Part shown: piece after piece, positions 51,855 through 64,000 of the stretch
Position numbering within the stretch: the stretch's first letter is position 1
Layout: the number at the start of each line of letters is the position of its first letter
Source of the DNA: Eledone cirrhosa
Taxonomy: Eukaryota
NCBI GenBank assembly: GCA_964016885.1
Contig: OZ024743.1
Span: forward strand, 301,444,001-301,508,000
Length of the DNA: 64,000 nucleotides
Direction: 5' to 3'
Program-made: the position numbers and the translations under genes
The notes under the pieces: generated by a model
The model's database searches: none
Told to the model about the DNA's origin: nothing
What the model saw: the letters and a program-made list of their open reading frames with translations, nothing else

Positions 51855-54800
51855 TGAAGATCCGAAGGCACGGTATAAATTTACAATCATTTTAATCACG
51901 ACACATGTTTCAATAAGAGATAGATCAATCGTGTAGCCATGATGGATTGTTACTGAGCTCGTTAGGTGAAAATGAATTGTCTTCAAATCCTTGATATGAG
52001 GGAGAAAATTAACGATATTCACTCACAGAGTTTAGTCCCACATATGAGGATGAAGAAGTCAAAACACGGCGACTGATATCGTCTTCAGTTAGGGTCATAA
52101 AACTATCAAGTCACTATCTCCCATAGCTATAAAAGACGCTGGACTTCAATCATATCTGTAGAATTACAGTCGGTCACAGTTAATGTGAGTGGGTACACAC
52201 ACACTCACACACACCGACGAGAGGTCAAAGAAACAATATATAAATATACCAACGTAGTATTCGCCGAAAATTAGTTTACAAAAACAACAAATGATATATT
52301 GTTCAAATCTCAATTTGACGATGTAAATTGGAAAACAGTGTATCAATCGCAACCCTATACACACGCAGGTAATATCAGTTCGATGTTCTGCTATACATGT
52401 ATAGATTGAATTGAAACATCCGTATCTCCAAATAGTGTATGTTATGGTATATACACATCCGTATCGTCCAACAAATTGTATGTTTAGGTATATACACATC
52501 CATCTGAAGAGCAAGTAGTCAGCTCATATCGAACTCAGTATGTGCCGTTGTCCCACTGAGAATCTGAGTCCCCAAATCTGTGCGTGTAAGCAACCGCTAT
52601 GTAGGCCACCAATGGGGCTCTGTGTAGGGTTGGGTATTTCGGTTAAGGTGCCAGTATGTGCGATTTCACGTCATATGGGCCCTTGGGGCCTTTAATATAG
52701 CTTTTTGAGTGGTTGAGGTGTGTTATCCAACACAAAAAGTGAAATAAAATAACAAAGAATATCAAAACCCAGAGGATGTGTGTAGGCCCATTATTGGTGT
52801 GTAAGTATTAGTGTCCAATCCGTAACCGTGAGCACTCCACGGATCGAAACCTAGTGTAGTCTTCAATTGATAGAAACGTGACCAATCATAATTGTGGGAA
52901 CTCAGTGTTTAAAGAAACCGGGTACTGCGTGTAGAGTTATGTATAGAGAGCGTAATCGATCTTAACTGAGTGTGTAATACGTCTAGTTATATCCTAACCG
53001 AGAGAACTGAATGGTTAGGGTATCCTAAAGTAATGCTGAATGCCCGCAATCGTTCTTATCTGAGTGTGTAATCATTCTAACTATTTACTAACTAGGTATT
53101 CTTATGTGCACTCAGCTGTGAGAACTCTGTGGACACAGGCCTAGTACCGTTTGTAAGTGCGCAAACGATCTTAGCTGTCTAACTACCTGAGTGTGTGATT
53201 GTCTGTTTTTTGCTAATTCAGAGAACTCTATGGCTAAGGTAGAGAGGGAGGAGTTAGTGGTAGGTTACTTTCCAAAAATCCTGCGGAAGGTTTTCGAGGT
53301 TCTATATGGCAGTTGCTGAAAATTCCGCTCTGCTATTGATTAATAGGGGGCCGACAATAATAATATTAAAGGTTTCAGCTATACATAAATTACAGACGCC
53401 AGTGCTGCCGTTATATGGCTGGACTGTGCAAATTATGGACCAGGATAAGGAGTGTTCTATATTCTGTTGTTTAAGCTTCCAGACTAATTCAGAAAGCGCC
53501 GTGCTATTTGTTTTATCGAATCTATTAATTCAGTGGCAGTTGCCACAACATACCTGAAGGTTCTATCTAAAGTGGAGACCTTGCAGCCGTAGACTATGTT
53601 TTTGGTGAGGCATTTCCTAGGCATGGTGCAAGTGGCGGCGTTCCTGCAATTGCATCTTCTGTTATCGACCTGGGTAGTTCCAGAGGAACCACGGTACCTC
53701 TGGGGTCGGTTGTCAGTTCTTGTCTGATCTATGGCTAAGTTCCCAGGTGTTTGGGTGACCCTACTCGCCTACGTGTATGAGTCCGTTCATCCATAGAGCT
53801 GCCTTAGTTCTGCTATGTCTCATCCCCCCTTGGGCTGTCCGAAGTCTACTATAATTCATCTTAGCTATATTCTGAGCTATGTTACTGGTTGTGGAGTAGG
53901 ACAGCTTGATGGTATTACTATTGAATATTTTATAGCTTCTGTGTGATCTAGGGAAGCATTTGTCCAAGGCTCTAAAGAAAAGCTTAGCTATACTAGTGGT
54001 CAGGCCAGTGGAGTAAGTGGGCTTATACCACAGGATTTTTCTGGTCCGATGTCTCTTGTTCTTACTGTCTATACTAGAGTTACCTGTCTCCTTAGTTGCT
54101 ACTGGTCTATTATAATTGAAAACTGCCTGTGGGTCGATGGTGCCCTGGGCTATCTCGATTGTGTTCGGAATCGTCCCAAGTCTCCCAGTGCAGCTATTGG
54201 GATTACCCTCGGTAGCCGGGGTTATATCCACTATGTGCGTGCTACATTTATCCCTATTCCCTCTACCGACCCTCGTTCCATTTTACGTTCAACGGTTGTT
54301 TTATCAGTTCTACAATTAAGGTTACAATTAGAGTTTCCGCTGGCATTACAGTGCTCAGACTCCGTGTTTGTACCTTGGTGATTGTTTCCATTGGCACAAT
54401 CGACATTGGGACTAGGAGGCAATAAAACATGTAGTCTATATTGATCCTCCCTCGTATCCCGCTTGTTGTTAGGTAAAGTGTCACTATGTTGGCCTAAGCT
54501 ATCGCTGGCAAAGTTGCTACTATTTAATGGACGTTTGAATGAGACTACCTCGCTATGCTTTGCGCGTCCCAGGGCGCTATTATAGTAATTCGAGATTCTA
54601 TCAAATGTATATTCATTGGAAGATAGTCCTGAAATTCTACTAGATACGCTTTTGGTAATACCGTTAGTGTCTATTCTAGGGTGGTTAGATTTTGCGTTGA
54701 CATAATTTAAATTATCGTTGGGTTTGTAGAAGGGTTGGGGGAGTCCTGAATTGAGGTTAACTGTAACATCTAGAAAATTAACTATCTTCAGGTTTTCTTC

Positions 54801-55527
54801 AAACACTATACTTAGGTCTATGTTGTGGAAGAATTAGCTTAGTTTTTTCCTCACCCTCTCTACCATACTATTATTATGGAACGACACAGTAAACAAAACG
54901 TCGTCACGGTAAGCGCCACCTCCCAAATGGGGCATTTCAACACCGAGACTGTCGAGGAAGTAAAGGCCCATCAGATCCGTCACCTAGGCCGAGTCCGTGG
55001 ATCCCATGGTGATGTCAAAATTGTCCGGCCAATCTTTCCTGGTGCACAGGTCACCGTTGAACTCAATTAAGGTTTTCCTAGCTAGGAGAATAATGTTAAT
55101 TTCTTCAGATGTAAGGTCGGTGTGTAAGCTAGCAAAGTTTAGGGCCTTACCTAGAAGAGTTGGAGAGATCGAAGATTAGTAGTTAGAGATATCGAACTGT
55201 ATAAACTTAGTGCTATTCTTATTTTGCGATTTCTCAAACCAGTTAATTACCTCACTAGTTCCTGACCATAATTTCCGCTTCGAACTCCTGACTAGAGTGG
55301 GAATTATTTCATGAAGGATGTTTTTACTCACGATTCCTATGTCCGGCTTCGAAGGGGTTATCAGCCTGAGATATCATGATGATTCAAAGTTTAATTATCG
55401 TCTTTCAATAAAATTGTCGGAATTCTAGGATGGAAGTGTTCAGTTTTATCTTCAATACCCAGTTTTGTCATTACGCTATTGGACTCCGCATTGATTAAAT
55501 CCTGGTTGGCCTGTGTAGTTTTTTTGT
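51855..55527 (-). mobile_element. Degenerate Naiad-type PLE with most of the RT, GIY-YIG and a ~1.4-kb pLTR
   Basis: RLITPSKPDIG, WSGTSEVINWF, FIQFDI, FDITMGSTDSAQVTDLMG, GAYRDD, VNFLDVTVNL, RKILWYKP, CNCRNAATC, CNLCIAE. Confidence 0.9.
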
Positions 55528-55529
55528 AG

Positions 55530-57075
55530 CTGTAATTTATGTATAGCTGAAACCTTTAATATTATTAGAGGCGGCCCCCTATTAATCGATAGGAGAGCGG
55601 ATTTTTTAGTAACTGCCAACATAGAACCTCGAAAACCTTCCGCACTTACAAACGGGACTCGGCCTGTGTCCACAGAGTTCTCAGAGCTGTGTGCACATTA
55701 GAATACCTAGCTAGTAAATAGTTAAAATGATTACACACTCAGGCAAGACCGATTAGGCGCATTCACCATTACTTTAGGATACCCGAACCATTGAGTCCTC
55801 TCCATTAGGATATAGCTAGACGTATCACACACTCAGTTAAGACCGATTACGCTCTCTATACATAACTCTAACACAGTACCTGGTTTCTTTAGACTCTGAG
55901 TTCCTACATTTATGACTGGTCACGTTCCTATCGATTGAACACTACACTAGGTTTTGACACGTGATCATCTAACCATGAAGTGATCACGTTTACAAATTGG
56001 ACAATAATACTTACACACCATTAAAGAGCCTACACACATCCTCTGGGTTTTGGTATACTTTGTTATTTTATTTTACATTTTGTGTTGTGTAACACACCTC
56101 CACCACTCAAACACCTATCTTAAAAGCCCAAAGGCCCATATGACGTGAAATCGCACATACTGGCACCTCAACCCAAATACCCAACCCTACACAGAGCCCC
56201 ATTGGTGGCCTACATAGCGGTTGCTTGCACACAAATATTTGGGAACTCAGATTTACAATGGAACAAAGGCACATATTGATTTCGATATGAGCTGACTACT
56301 TGCTCTTCACATGGATGTGTATATACCTAAACACACACTTTGTTGAACGATATGGATGTGTATATACCATAACATACACTATTTGGAGATACGGATGTTA
56401 CAATTCAATCTATACACGTATATCATAACATTGAACTGTACTTACTTGCGTGTGTATAGGGTTGCGGTTGACCCACGTTTTCCAATTTACATCGTCAAAT
56501 TGAGATTTGACCAATATAACATTGGTTGTTTTGTAAACTAACTTTTGGTGAATACTATGTTGGTATATTTATATTTTTTTTCTTTGACCTCGCGTCGGTG
56601 TGTGTGAGTGGGTGAGTACTCACTCACACTAACTGAGACCGTCTATAGTTCTACAGATTTGATGCTATGTTGGTACATGTATATATTTTTTCTTTGACCT
56701 CGCATCGGTGTGTGTGATTGTGTGTGTACCCACTCACATTAATTGTGACCGACTGTAATTGTACAGATTTGATTGATGTCCAGCGTCTTTTACAGCTTTT
56801 GGGAGATATAGACTTGAAAGTTTTATGACCCTAACTGAAGACGATAGCAGTCGCCGTGTTTTGAGTGCTTGATCTTCACGTGAGGGACTAAACTCTGTGA
56901 GTGAACATCGTTAATTTTCTCCCACATGTCAAGAATTTGAAGAGAATTCATTTTCACCTCACGAGATCAGTGATAATCGATCATGGCTACATGATCGATC
57001 TATCTCTTATTGAAACATGTGTCGTGATTAAAGTGATTGGAAATGTATACCATGCCTTTTGATCTTTATTTTGAT
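55530..57075 (+). repeat. ~1.5-kb inverted copy of the 3' end/pLTR of the adjacent PLE
   Basis: Diverged reverse complement of ~51855-53395, starting at CNLCIAETFNII. Confidence 0.92.
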
Positions 57076-57206
57076 ACAAATACTCCAATCTTACACCATC
57101 TAGCTGTTCCCATAAATGGAATTGGAGATATACAAAAGCGTGGAGAACTTAATATTGCTAACAAACATTTATTGGACCCTTTGACACAACCAATTATACA
57201 CGTTAC

Positions 57207-57262
<56 letters not shown>

Positions 57263-57595
57263 TACTGGTGCGTGTTATTTCATACAAATGGGTTCATCTT
57301 CTGCATAATGGTTGCCGATATATCATCATTTTCTCAGTAGCCTGGTGACTGTCTTTACACCTCTCCCATTCTCCTTCTGTATCTCGCTATATACAATTTA
57401 TCCTCGCCCACATCTCTCTCTCCCCCGTCTTTCTCCACCCTCTCTCTCATTTGCTCATTGTACTTTTCTCTGTCTGCTTGGCAGTTGGATGGCTCAATAC
57501 ACTGTTACATTCTTCCCGTACGTGTACAGTTTTCTGATGCAGCCACCACTTAGCCTTGAAATGCATTGAAATGCATGTTATATAACGTATGCATA

Positions 57596-57702
57596 TCCCG
57601 CCGAGGTTAACTTTGCCTTTCATCCTTACGGGGTCGATAAAATAAAGTACCAGTAATGCTCTGGGTCATTGGTGGCCTTGTGCCAAAAGTAGAAACAATT
57701 AT
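57596..57702 (+). mobile_element. SINE fragment
   Basis: Shared core and tail. Confidence 0.78.
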
Positions 57703-58156
57703 GTATATACAACCAGAGAGTCAGATACATAGACATGATAACAATGTTATACAAATATTACTTAGAATAGCATAAATATATTTTCATTCTGAGTGCATAC
57801 AATATATTTATGGTTTCAATATATTTATAATTTAAAACGCTGAAGAGAACATTGGTATCACTTGAGATTATTTACATATAAGTAGGCGAATGTCAAAAAC
57901 TCAGTGCTTTCAAAACATGTATTTTAAAGCAGAAACAAATAGTAACAATAATAACATATATATTTGTTGTACATATTCCTTTGAGTTATGCATACATTTC
58001 GGAAAGACTAGGTCACTACTAATTGGCCAGCTTAAATTCCTAGGGCCAATAATTGTAAAATGTGTATTGAAAAGTTACCAATCAGTCATTTATGAAATAT
58101 TCAAAATGCCAAAATCTTCAGTCGTTATGTATTCAGGTTAGTAATTGGAAGAACAA

Positions 58157-58187
<31 letters not shown>

Positions 58188-58273
58188 GACACACACACAT
58201 CTATCTATATATATGTTTATATATATACATATATGTATATTGATATATATACATATATGTATTTATATAAGTA

Positions 58274-60508
58274 CTAGCAGAGGTACTGGGCGTTGCCAGG
58301 TATAACTGTCAATGGAGTAGTCGTTCAAATGAACCGAAAGACTTCCGTTAAACACGACTATAGAAGTAACAATTTATATGTTTTGGCCCTAAAGAGGGCC
58401 TTTGAACGTTCACTTTGAAATATTTCTGCGGCGGTGCTGCCAGTAAAGACGAATCCGATGGTAACAATTTAAAGTGGGTGGCCAAAAAGAGATCCTTGGA
58501 TCGTTCAATCTTAAAAGTCTCAGCGGCAGAGCTGTCAGCAAAGACGACTCTGATTAGAGATGGTGGCCTTTAGGAAGTCCTTCACATCAATTTGGTGTGT
58601 CGTATCTTAGTTCCGTCGAAGTTGACGCCGACTCTCAGCCGCCCCCGCTCTTGCAGCTGCCGTCTGCATATCATTCTGTGACAGCCTGATCAGAGTCGCA
58701 TTTACATTTTTCGGGGAGACGCCTTCGCTTAGACCTACTTGCATCATTAGATAACAACCAATGAAAGTTCTTTTCTTGGGGGGCATTATTCTAGAAAATT
58801 AACCAGGGAGAACCATAAATAGTGGACAAATAACGTTTAAGTAAGCAAAGCTAAACACGGATATAAATTGTGAAAAAATGCGATAAATCTATGTGGTCTG
58901 AGAAAGTGGGTATGTTTTGCAAGATTTGGTGTACCAGTCAAATTTCAGGTTATAAGTTAGGGGCTACGTAGTGTACGGACTACCTCTGATAAATGAAATT
59001 AAATAGTGTGGCTAGAGTGGTAAATATATGTGTCAGTATGTTTGTTCAGTTCAAACATAGCAATAAGTAACTATTAATCATTGAACGGTTACAGGCAATA
59101 ATGGCCGAAATATCACAGCATGATACACTGGAACCTTATGACCATATACACATTAACTAAACCTCCTTTAAGGTGACAAATATTGAAGAAGCATGCGTTT
59201 CAGAAACATGGTGTAGCTTATGAGTGAACGCATGTAAAAAAAAACCTACCACTTGTCAAAAGCCAAAAAAGAAGTGTGATCCTAGGTCGGACTTAACAAA
59301 TATACATAGGAGTGATATCGCTCAATGAACAACACTCGAGTTGACTGATTGGTTAGATAATACAAATGAGTGTGATGAAATCTAATTTAGGCATGAGTAT
59401 GAATAGCAACATCCAAGGTGTAAATGTTAAAGCCAACTGTATACAGTTGGCTTTAACATTTACACCTTGGTTAAATCGCGCTTTTGGGGGTTTGAAATGA
59501 CGCCAAAGTTCAAGGAACACAATTTAACTCCCCATTCCGCACTTAATTGTGGTGCAATTACACGGGGGAGACAACTGGGTGCAAAATTCAATTCAATCAT
59601 CATAATGTTAACTAATCAAACTAAAGTTAAGTCAGGGGGAATTAATAATTCGCTTCTCCATTTGTAGGACATGAGTAACCGATGCGTCAACTTCGTTTAA
59701 ATTGACTTTTATTTCCAGCAGTTGAAATACTTTGCTGCAACCATAATAAGAACTTTAAAATATGTCCAAAGGGGCTCACTGCCCTCCCTGGAGGAGGGGG
59801 TTCCCTTGCAAAATTCAAGTGATAACGAATGTGTGGGGTTTATCTTATGGCAGGCAATAACCATTTCGTTTAGTTTTTGTGAGAATCAAGTATAAACACC
59901 AGAGCTTACACATGACAGCAGTCTCATCTCAGTAGCGTGAATAGGTATTCGACAACTAGAAACAGCAGTCAAATTCCTTTCAACAGAATTAGCTCTACAA
60001 TTAAGGAGCCGTATTTATATATCTATATCCAAAATTAAGATAAATTAAATGAATTTAATCCAAATCGAAATTGTGTGTGTCATGCCATAACGGCGTGCGC
60101 CATATCGCCCGGAAATAAGCTCAAAGATAGGTCCGAGCATTTTATAATAACTTGAAATTGATTAACATATATAAACATGAATAATCACAGGAGATAATTT
60201 TTACAAGCGTGTAACTACACATAGCAAGTTAGGTAACAAATAATTAGATACCTTTTAATATATGATTAACCTTCCCTGTATATATTCCATTAAATAATAT
60301 ATTTCACCAATTAATCAGATGGTAAGTCACGGAAAGTGGATATTATTGGATTATCAACAAGGAAGAATAATAATGTTCAGCTATCCATGCTTACACCGCG
60401 GGTTTAAATCTTCAACTGGCCGCTACCACGTGTTGCTCTTACACATGACAGCAGTCACGTCTCAGTGGCGTGAATAGGTATTCGATAACTAGAAACAGCA
60501 GTCAAATT

Positions 60509-60511
<3 letters not shown>
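58274..60511 (-). mobile_element. Probable non-autonomous Helitron (5' boundary uncertain)
   Basis: Minus-strand 3' end ctggcaacgcccag-tacctctg-CTAG|T, resembling the end at 8985. Internal diverged ~96-bp tandem units (58384-58556) and a 74-bp direct repeat (~59904-59978, ~60438-60511). Confidence 0.55.
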
Positions 60512-60549
<38 letters not shown>

Positions 60550-61102
60550 GAACGTATGGAAATTATTGTGAGCGTGAAGCCAACAGTATTTCATAATATA
60601 TAAGTGACTATAACGTCAAAATGGAAAATAATTAACTTAAGATGTGGGAAAAATAATTCAAAACTAAATTAAAAAATAAAAATTAGAATATATATATATA
60701 TACATACATACTAAATACCCATGCGCACACACATAATTATTTGTATATTGAAAAAGTTATTCAAGCATGTAATATATACTATAATCGAACCAGCTAAACT
60801 GCTGGTGAATGTTTACTGAAACGTATAAACAATAAATGAAATAGCTCCATTAGCTTATTTCCGTCTGCATGTTTCCGATTTTGTATGTTTCCGTATTGCC
60901 TCTGCAATGAAGAAGTAATTAATCGTCCTTGTTATCCTTTCAATATATTACACTTTGTATAGCTCTACACCTCATCACAGAAGTGAACCTAAACATCGAG
61001 TGCTCTCCCGGCTGAACCTGCAGTAACTCCAAGTTACACCCCCTGTATATATATATATCACAGAAAAAAAGAGAATCAGTGTTGCGACGGATGCAATTTA
61101 TT

Positions 61103-61199
61103 GGACATATTACAATCGTTTCTCTGGCGACCAGCTCGAGGCACGATCGATGTAATGATCAAACCTGACTCTGAAAATCGCAAGTTCCTCAGCTACATC
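61103..61199 (-). ncRNA. Degenerate hammerhead with enlarged loop II
   Basis: Reverse complement: gatgtag-CTGAGGA-acttgcga..tcgccaga-GAAA-cgattg-TA-atatgtc. A more decayed relative lies at ~43505-43600. Confidence 0.55.
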
Positions 61200-61332
61200 T
61201 TGATTTTACGAAGCAGTGTATTCCATTAGTCGCAACACCGATTATCTTTTTTTCTATGATAGCATACTCTGCTCTATGTGAGCATCAAGTGTGCATACGG
61301 CCTACTACATACGGACGCTTTAATAATCCAAC

Positions 61333-61434
<102 letters not shown>

Positions 61435-62548
61435 CACACTCATATATGTATGTATATATATATATATATATGAGTGTGTGTGTGAGAATGTGTACGTATT
61501 TATTCATTATTATATGGATGTGTGTGGTATATGTACATGTTTGTGTTTTGTAATATAGTTTTAATATATTTTGCTTCGAAAAAATATACTTTTGTATAGC
61601 AAAGCACATCTATGAATCACATTTGTTTCAATTTAATAGATTGAAACATTATTCACAGCAAATAAAATGAACTGTTCAAAGCAACAAAGGCCAAATAAAT
61701 AAGTGAACTGAAAGACAGTAAACGAACATATGGCTGTAGACTTAGAAAGTGCATGTTACATTGAGTAATTGTAGTCAAACTCCACACTAGCTGACATTAA
61801 CGGAGATGTTGCTTAAATCGTATCGCATGTGTGACGACAGACATTTGATGGGAATTCCTCAAACATATTCTCTATATAATTTATATAAGAAGGTACACAG
61901 TCACAAACACATCCACACATCCACACTGACACCACACACACATGTGTGTATGTGTGTGTATATATGTGTGCTTGTGTGTGTGTTTACATGGATGGTACTC
62001 ACAACTAGTGTAGTATTGGATGATAGTTGTCTTTTTTTAAGGCAGAAGAGAGATAAACAAAAAATAATGGCAACCGTATCCTGAACGTTACCAGCAAAAA
62101 ATGCTATTTACACTTTAATTTACAAAAAAAACTACTTACACTTTAAAAAGTAAAGAAAATAAATCCCAGAGAAACAACAGTGTAAGGTAAAATGAGATTC
62201 AAGGACACTGCTTCTCAATTTCACAAACTCATGTGAGAGTGAAAACCTTTATTTAAAAGCGAAACGAGATATATTTCGTCTTAACGTGCCAACAGATTTG
62301 TTTAACAAATAAGCAAGTCTGTCATTTGCTTCATATTCATTCTTGGTCTTAAAATTATTCTATTTAGATAACGACATATCAATAACATTTAGATAATGCA
62401 TTAGGGATGTATTAGCTTGCACGTTGCACGACTAATTCTCGTATGATGGCGCCTTTTAACATGAAACACAGACGTCAGCTATATATAGGAGTCTCATTTC
62501 CCTTTAAGTTGTTTATACTTCTTTTAAGTTAGAAATAACGAAAGAGCA

Positions 62549-62748
62549 NNNNNNNNNNNNNNNNNNNNNNNNNNNNNNNNNNNNNNNNNNNNNNNNNNNN
62601 NNNNNNNNNNNNNNNNNNNNNNNNNNNNNNNNNNNNNNNNNNNNNNNNNNNNNNNNNNNNNNNNNNNNNNNNNNNNNNNNNNNNNNNNNNNNNNNNNNNN
62701 NNNNNNNNNNNNNNNNNNNNNNNNNNNNNNNNNNNNNNNNNNNNNNNN
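62549..62748. other. Assembly gap (200 N)
   Basis: Run of N. Confidence 1.
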
Positions 62749-63171
62749 ATTATACACAACTGAATTCATTCGCCTAATATAAGTGTTGCCTCCCTTGCTG
62801 AACTCCACGTGGGGTCAGTAATAGTCACACTTATGTATAGCATTTGGAGCAAAAACCCGTTGATAACAGGGGATCCTTGTTCAATCATCTTACCAGAAGC
62901 CTAACAATCTTTATGTAGGCGGACAGTACCTGATTTATGGAGTCGCAGAAACCAAAAATATTGGATTTTACAAACCGTCCAGGGTCCGGGTAAATTTTCA
63001 ATCGCATATATTTTTATTGTTTGACCCGAATTGCTTGGTCCTTTGCTCTGGCTATGCGGATGATTTGTTTAACCATCATCTCAGTGTGTTTGGCCCTTAA
63101 CGTATGTTGTAGCTCTAATTCATATGAATCATCGAGCACTTGCCACACATCTCGCAGGTTGATTTTCGTTA

Positions 63172-63231
63172 ATTCCTGAGCTGAAATACGATTCCTGAGC
63201 TGAAATACGATTCCTGAGCTGAAATACGATT
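63172..63231. repeat. 19-bp tandem repeat x3 (attcctgagctgaaatacg)
   Basis: Directly visible. Confidence 0.9.
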
Positions 63232-63264
63232 AAATATATATATAAAAGTTTACATATATCTATA

Positions 63265-63316
<52 letters not shown>

Positions 63317-63713
63317 CACATACATACACGTGTTTTGCAACCGGTCACTTTGTGGCTCAATGAAAAATTAATAAATTAAACACTCAGAGCTATATATCAT
63401 AAAACATGTCTATAGAATCACAAGATGAAATATATACTATAGAATATAGTTAAATGTATTCTATTTTCTCCTAGTTTATTTTAAACCTAATTCTGCTTAG
63501 TTGACTGTATCTAGGCGATTACGCTGTCGTAATATTCGATAAATATTCCACTACGGCCGACGCGAAGCGCTTGTTTTGGTTATTTGTCGGAGATTCCTTC
63601 ATAGAAGCCTCATTCTTATAGCCTGGTTTATTCGATTTTTTATATAGTTAATTATGGTAATTGGGAGAGGAAATAGTATATATTTTATCTTGTGTTTCTA
63701 TAGACATATTTAA

Positions 63714-63786
<73 letters not shown>

Positions 63787-63915
63787 ACTAAGGAAGTGTG
63801 GTGTACGGAACCAGGTGGACCATAACACCCCAGAGTAGTCAATACATAGGAGTCCAAAAATAGCCCTTGAAACGGCTTCAGCTCTGCCGTCGGAGTCTTG
63901 AAAATGTTCCTATAC

Positions 63916-63949
<34 letters not shown>

Positions 63950-64000
63950 TTATATATATGTATACGTACATACCTATATGTATACAGACGTACAGTAGTA

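Noticed and set aside
56835-57030. Possible giant hammerhead (CTGAAGA at 56835 ... GAAA-catgtg-TC at 57012-57023, mirrored at ~51895-52090)
   Set aside because: Its position in the pLTR fits, but no convincing stem I pairing was found; it is at best a decayed relic.
60738-60837. HHR-like ttgaaaa-agt...act-gaaa-cgta-ta
   Set aside because: Two core substitutions and a weak stem I; cannot be supported beyond resemblance.
62780-63120. Possible host exon or RT relic next to the gap
   Set aside because: No sustained ORF or recognisable motif.

Overview
AT-rich eukaryotic (animal) DNA made almost entirely of microsatellites and transposon relics. A MetaSINE-like SINE and the microsatellite spectrum suggest an octopod cephalopod (inference). 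I found no convincing host gene, rRNA, tRNA or CRISPR array. Contents: (1) R4/Dong-clade RLE non-LTR retrotransposons in (TAA)n tracts, one with an uninterrupted 1130-aa RT-CCHC-RLE ORF (2484-5876). (2) Six clear Penelope-like elements (PLEs): five Naiad-type with a CxCx5Cx5C linker where preserved, and one Neptune/Nematis-type. Most carry an inverted copy of their own sequence at the 5' side, forming fold-backs of 0.15-5 kb. (3) Many type I hammerhead ribozyme (HHR) motifs. Seven have a complete core; several have an unusually large stem-II/loop-II insert; two lie in a spacer-free ~600-bp palindrome. (4) Helitrons, a DD37D (maT) Tc1/mariner deletion derivative, RTE-like LINE relics, a CRE-like endonuclease relic and eight SINE copies. 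All calls are by eye from motifs, and most boundaries are approximate. The most unusual signal is the PLE/hammerhead/fold-back system embedded in (TA)n repeats.
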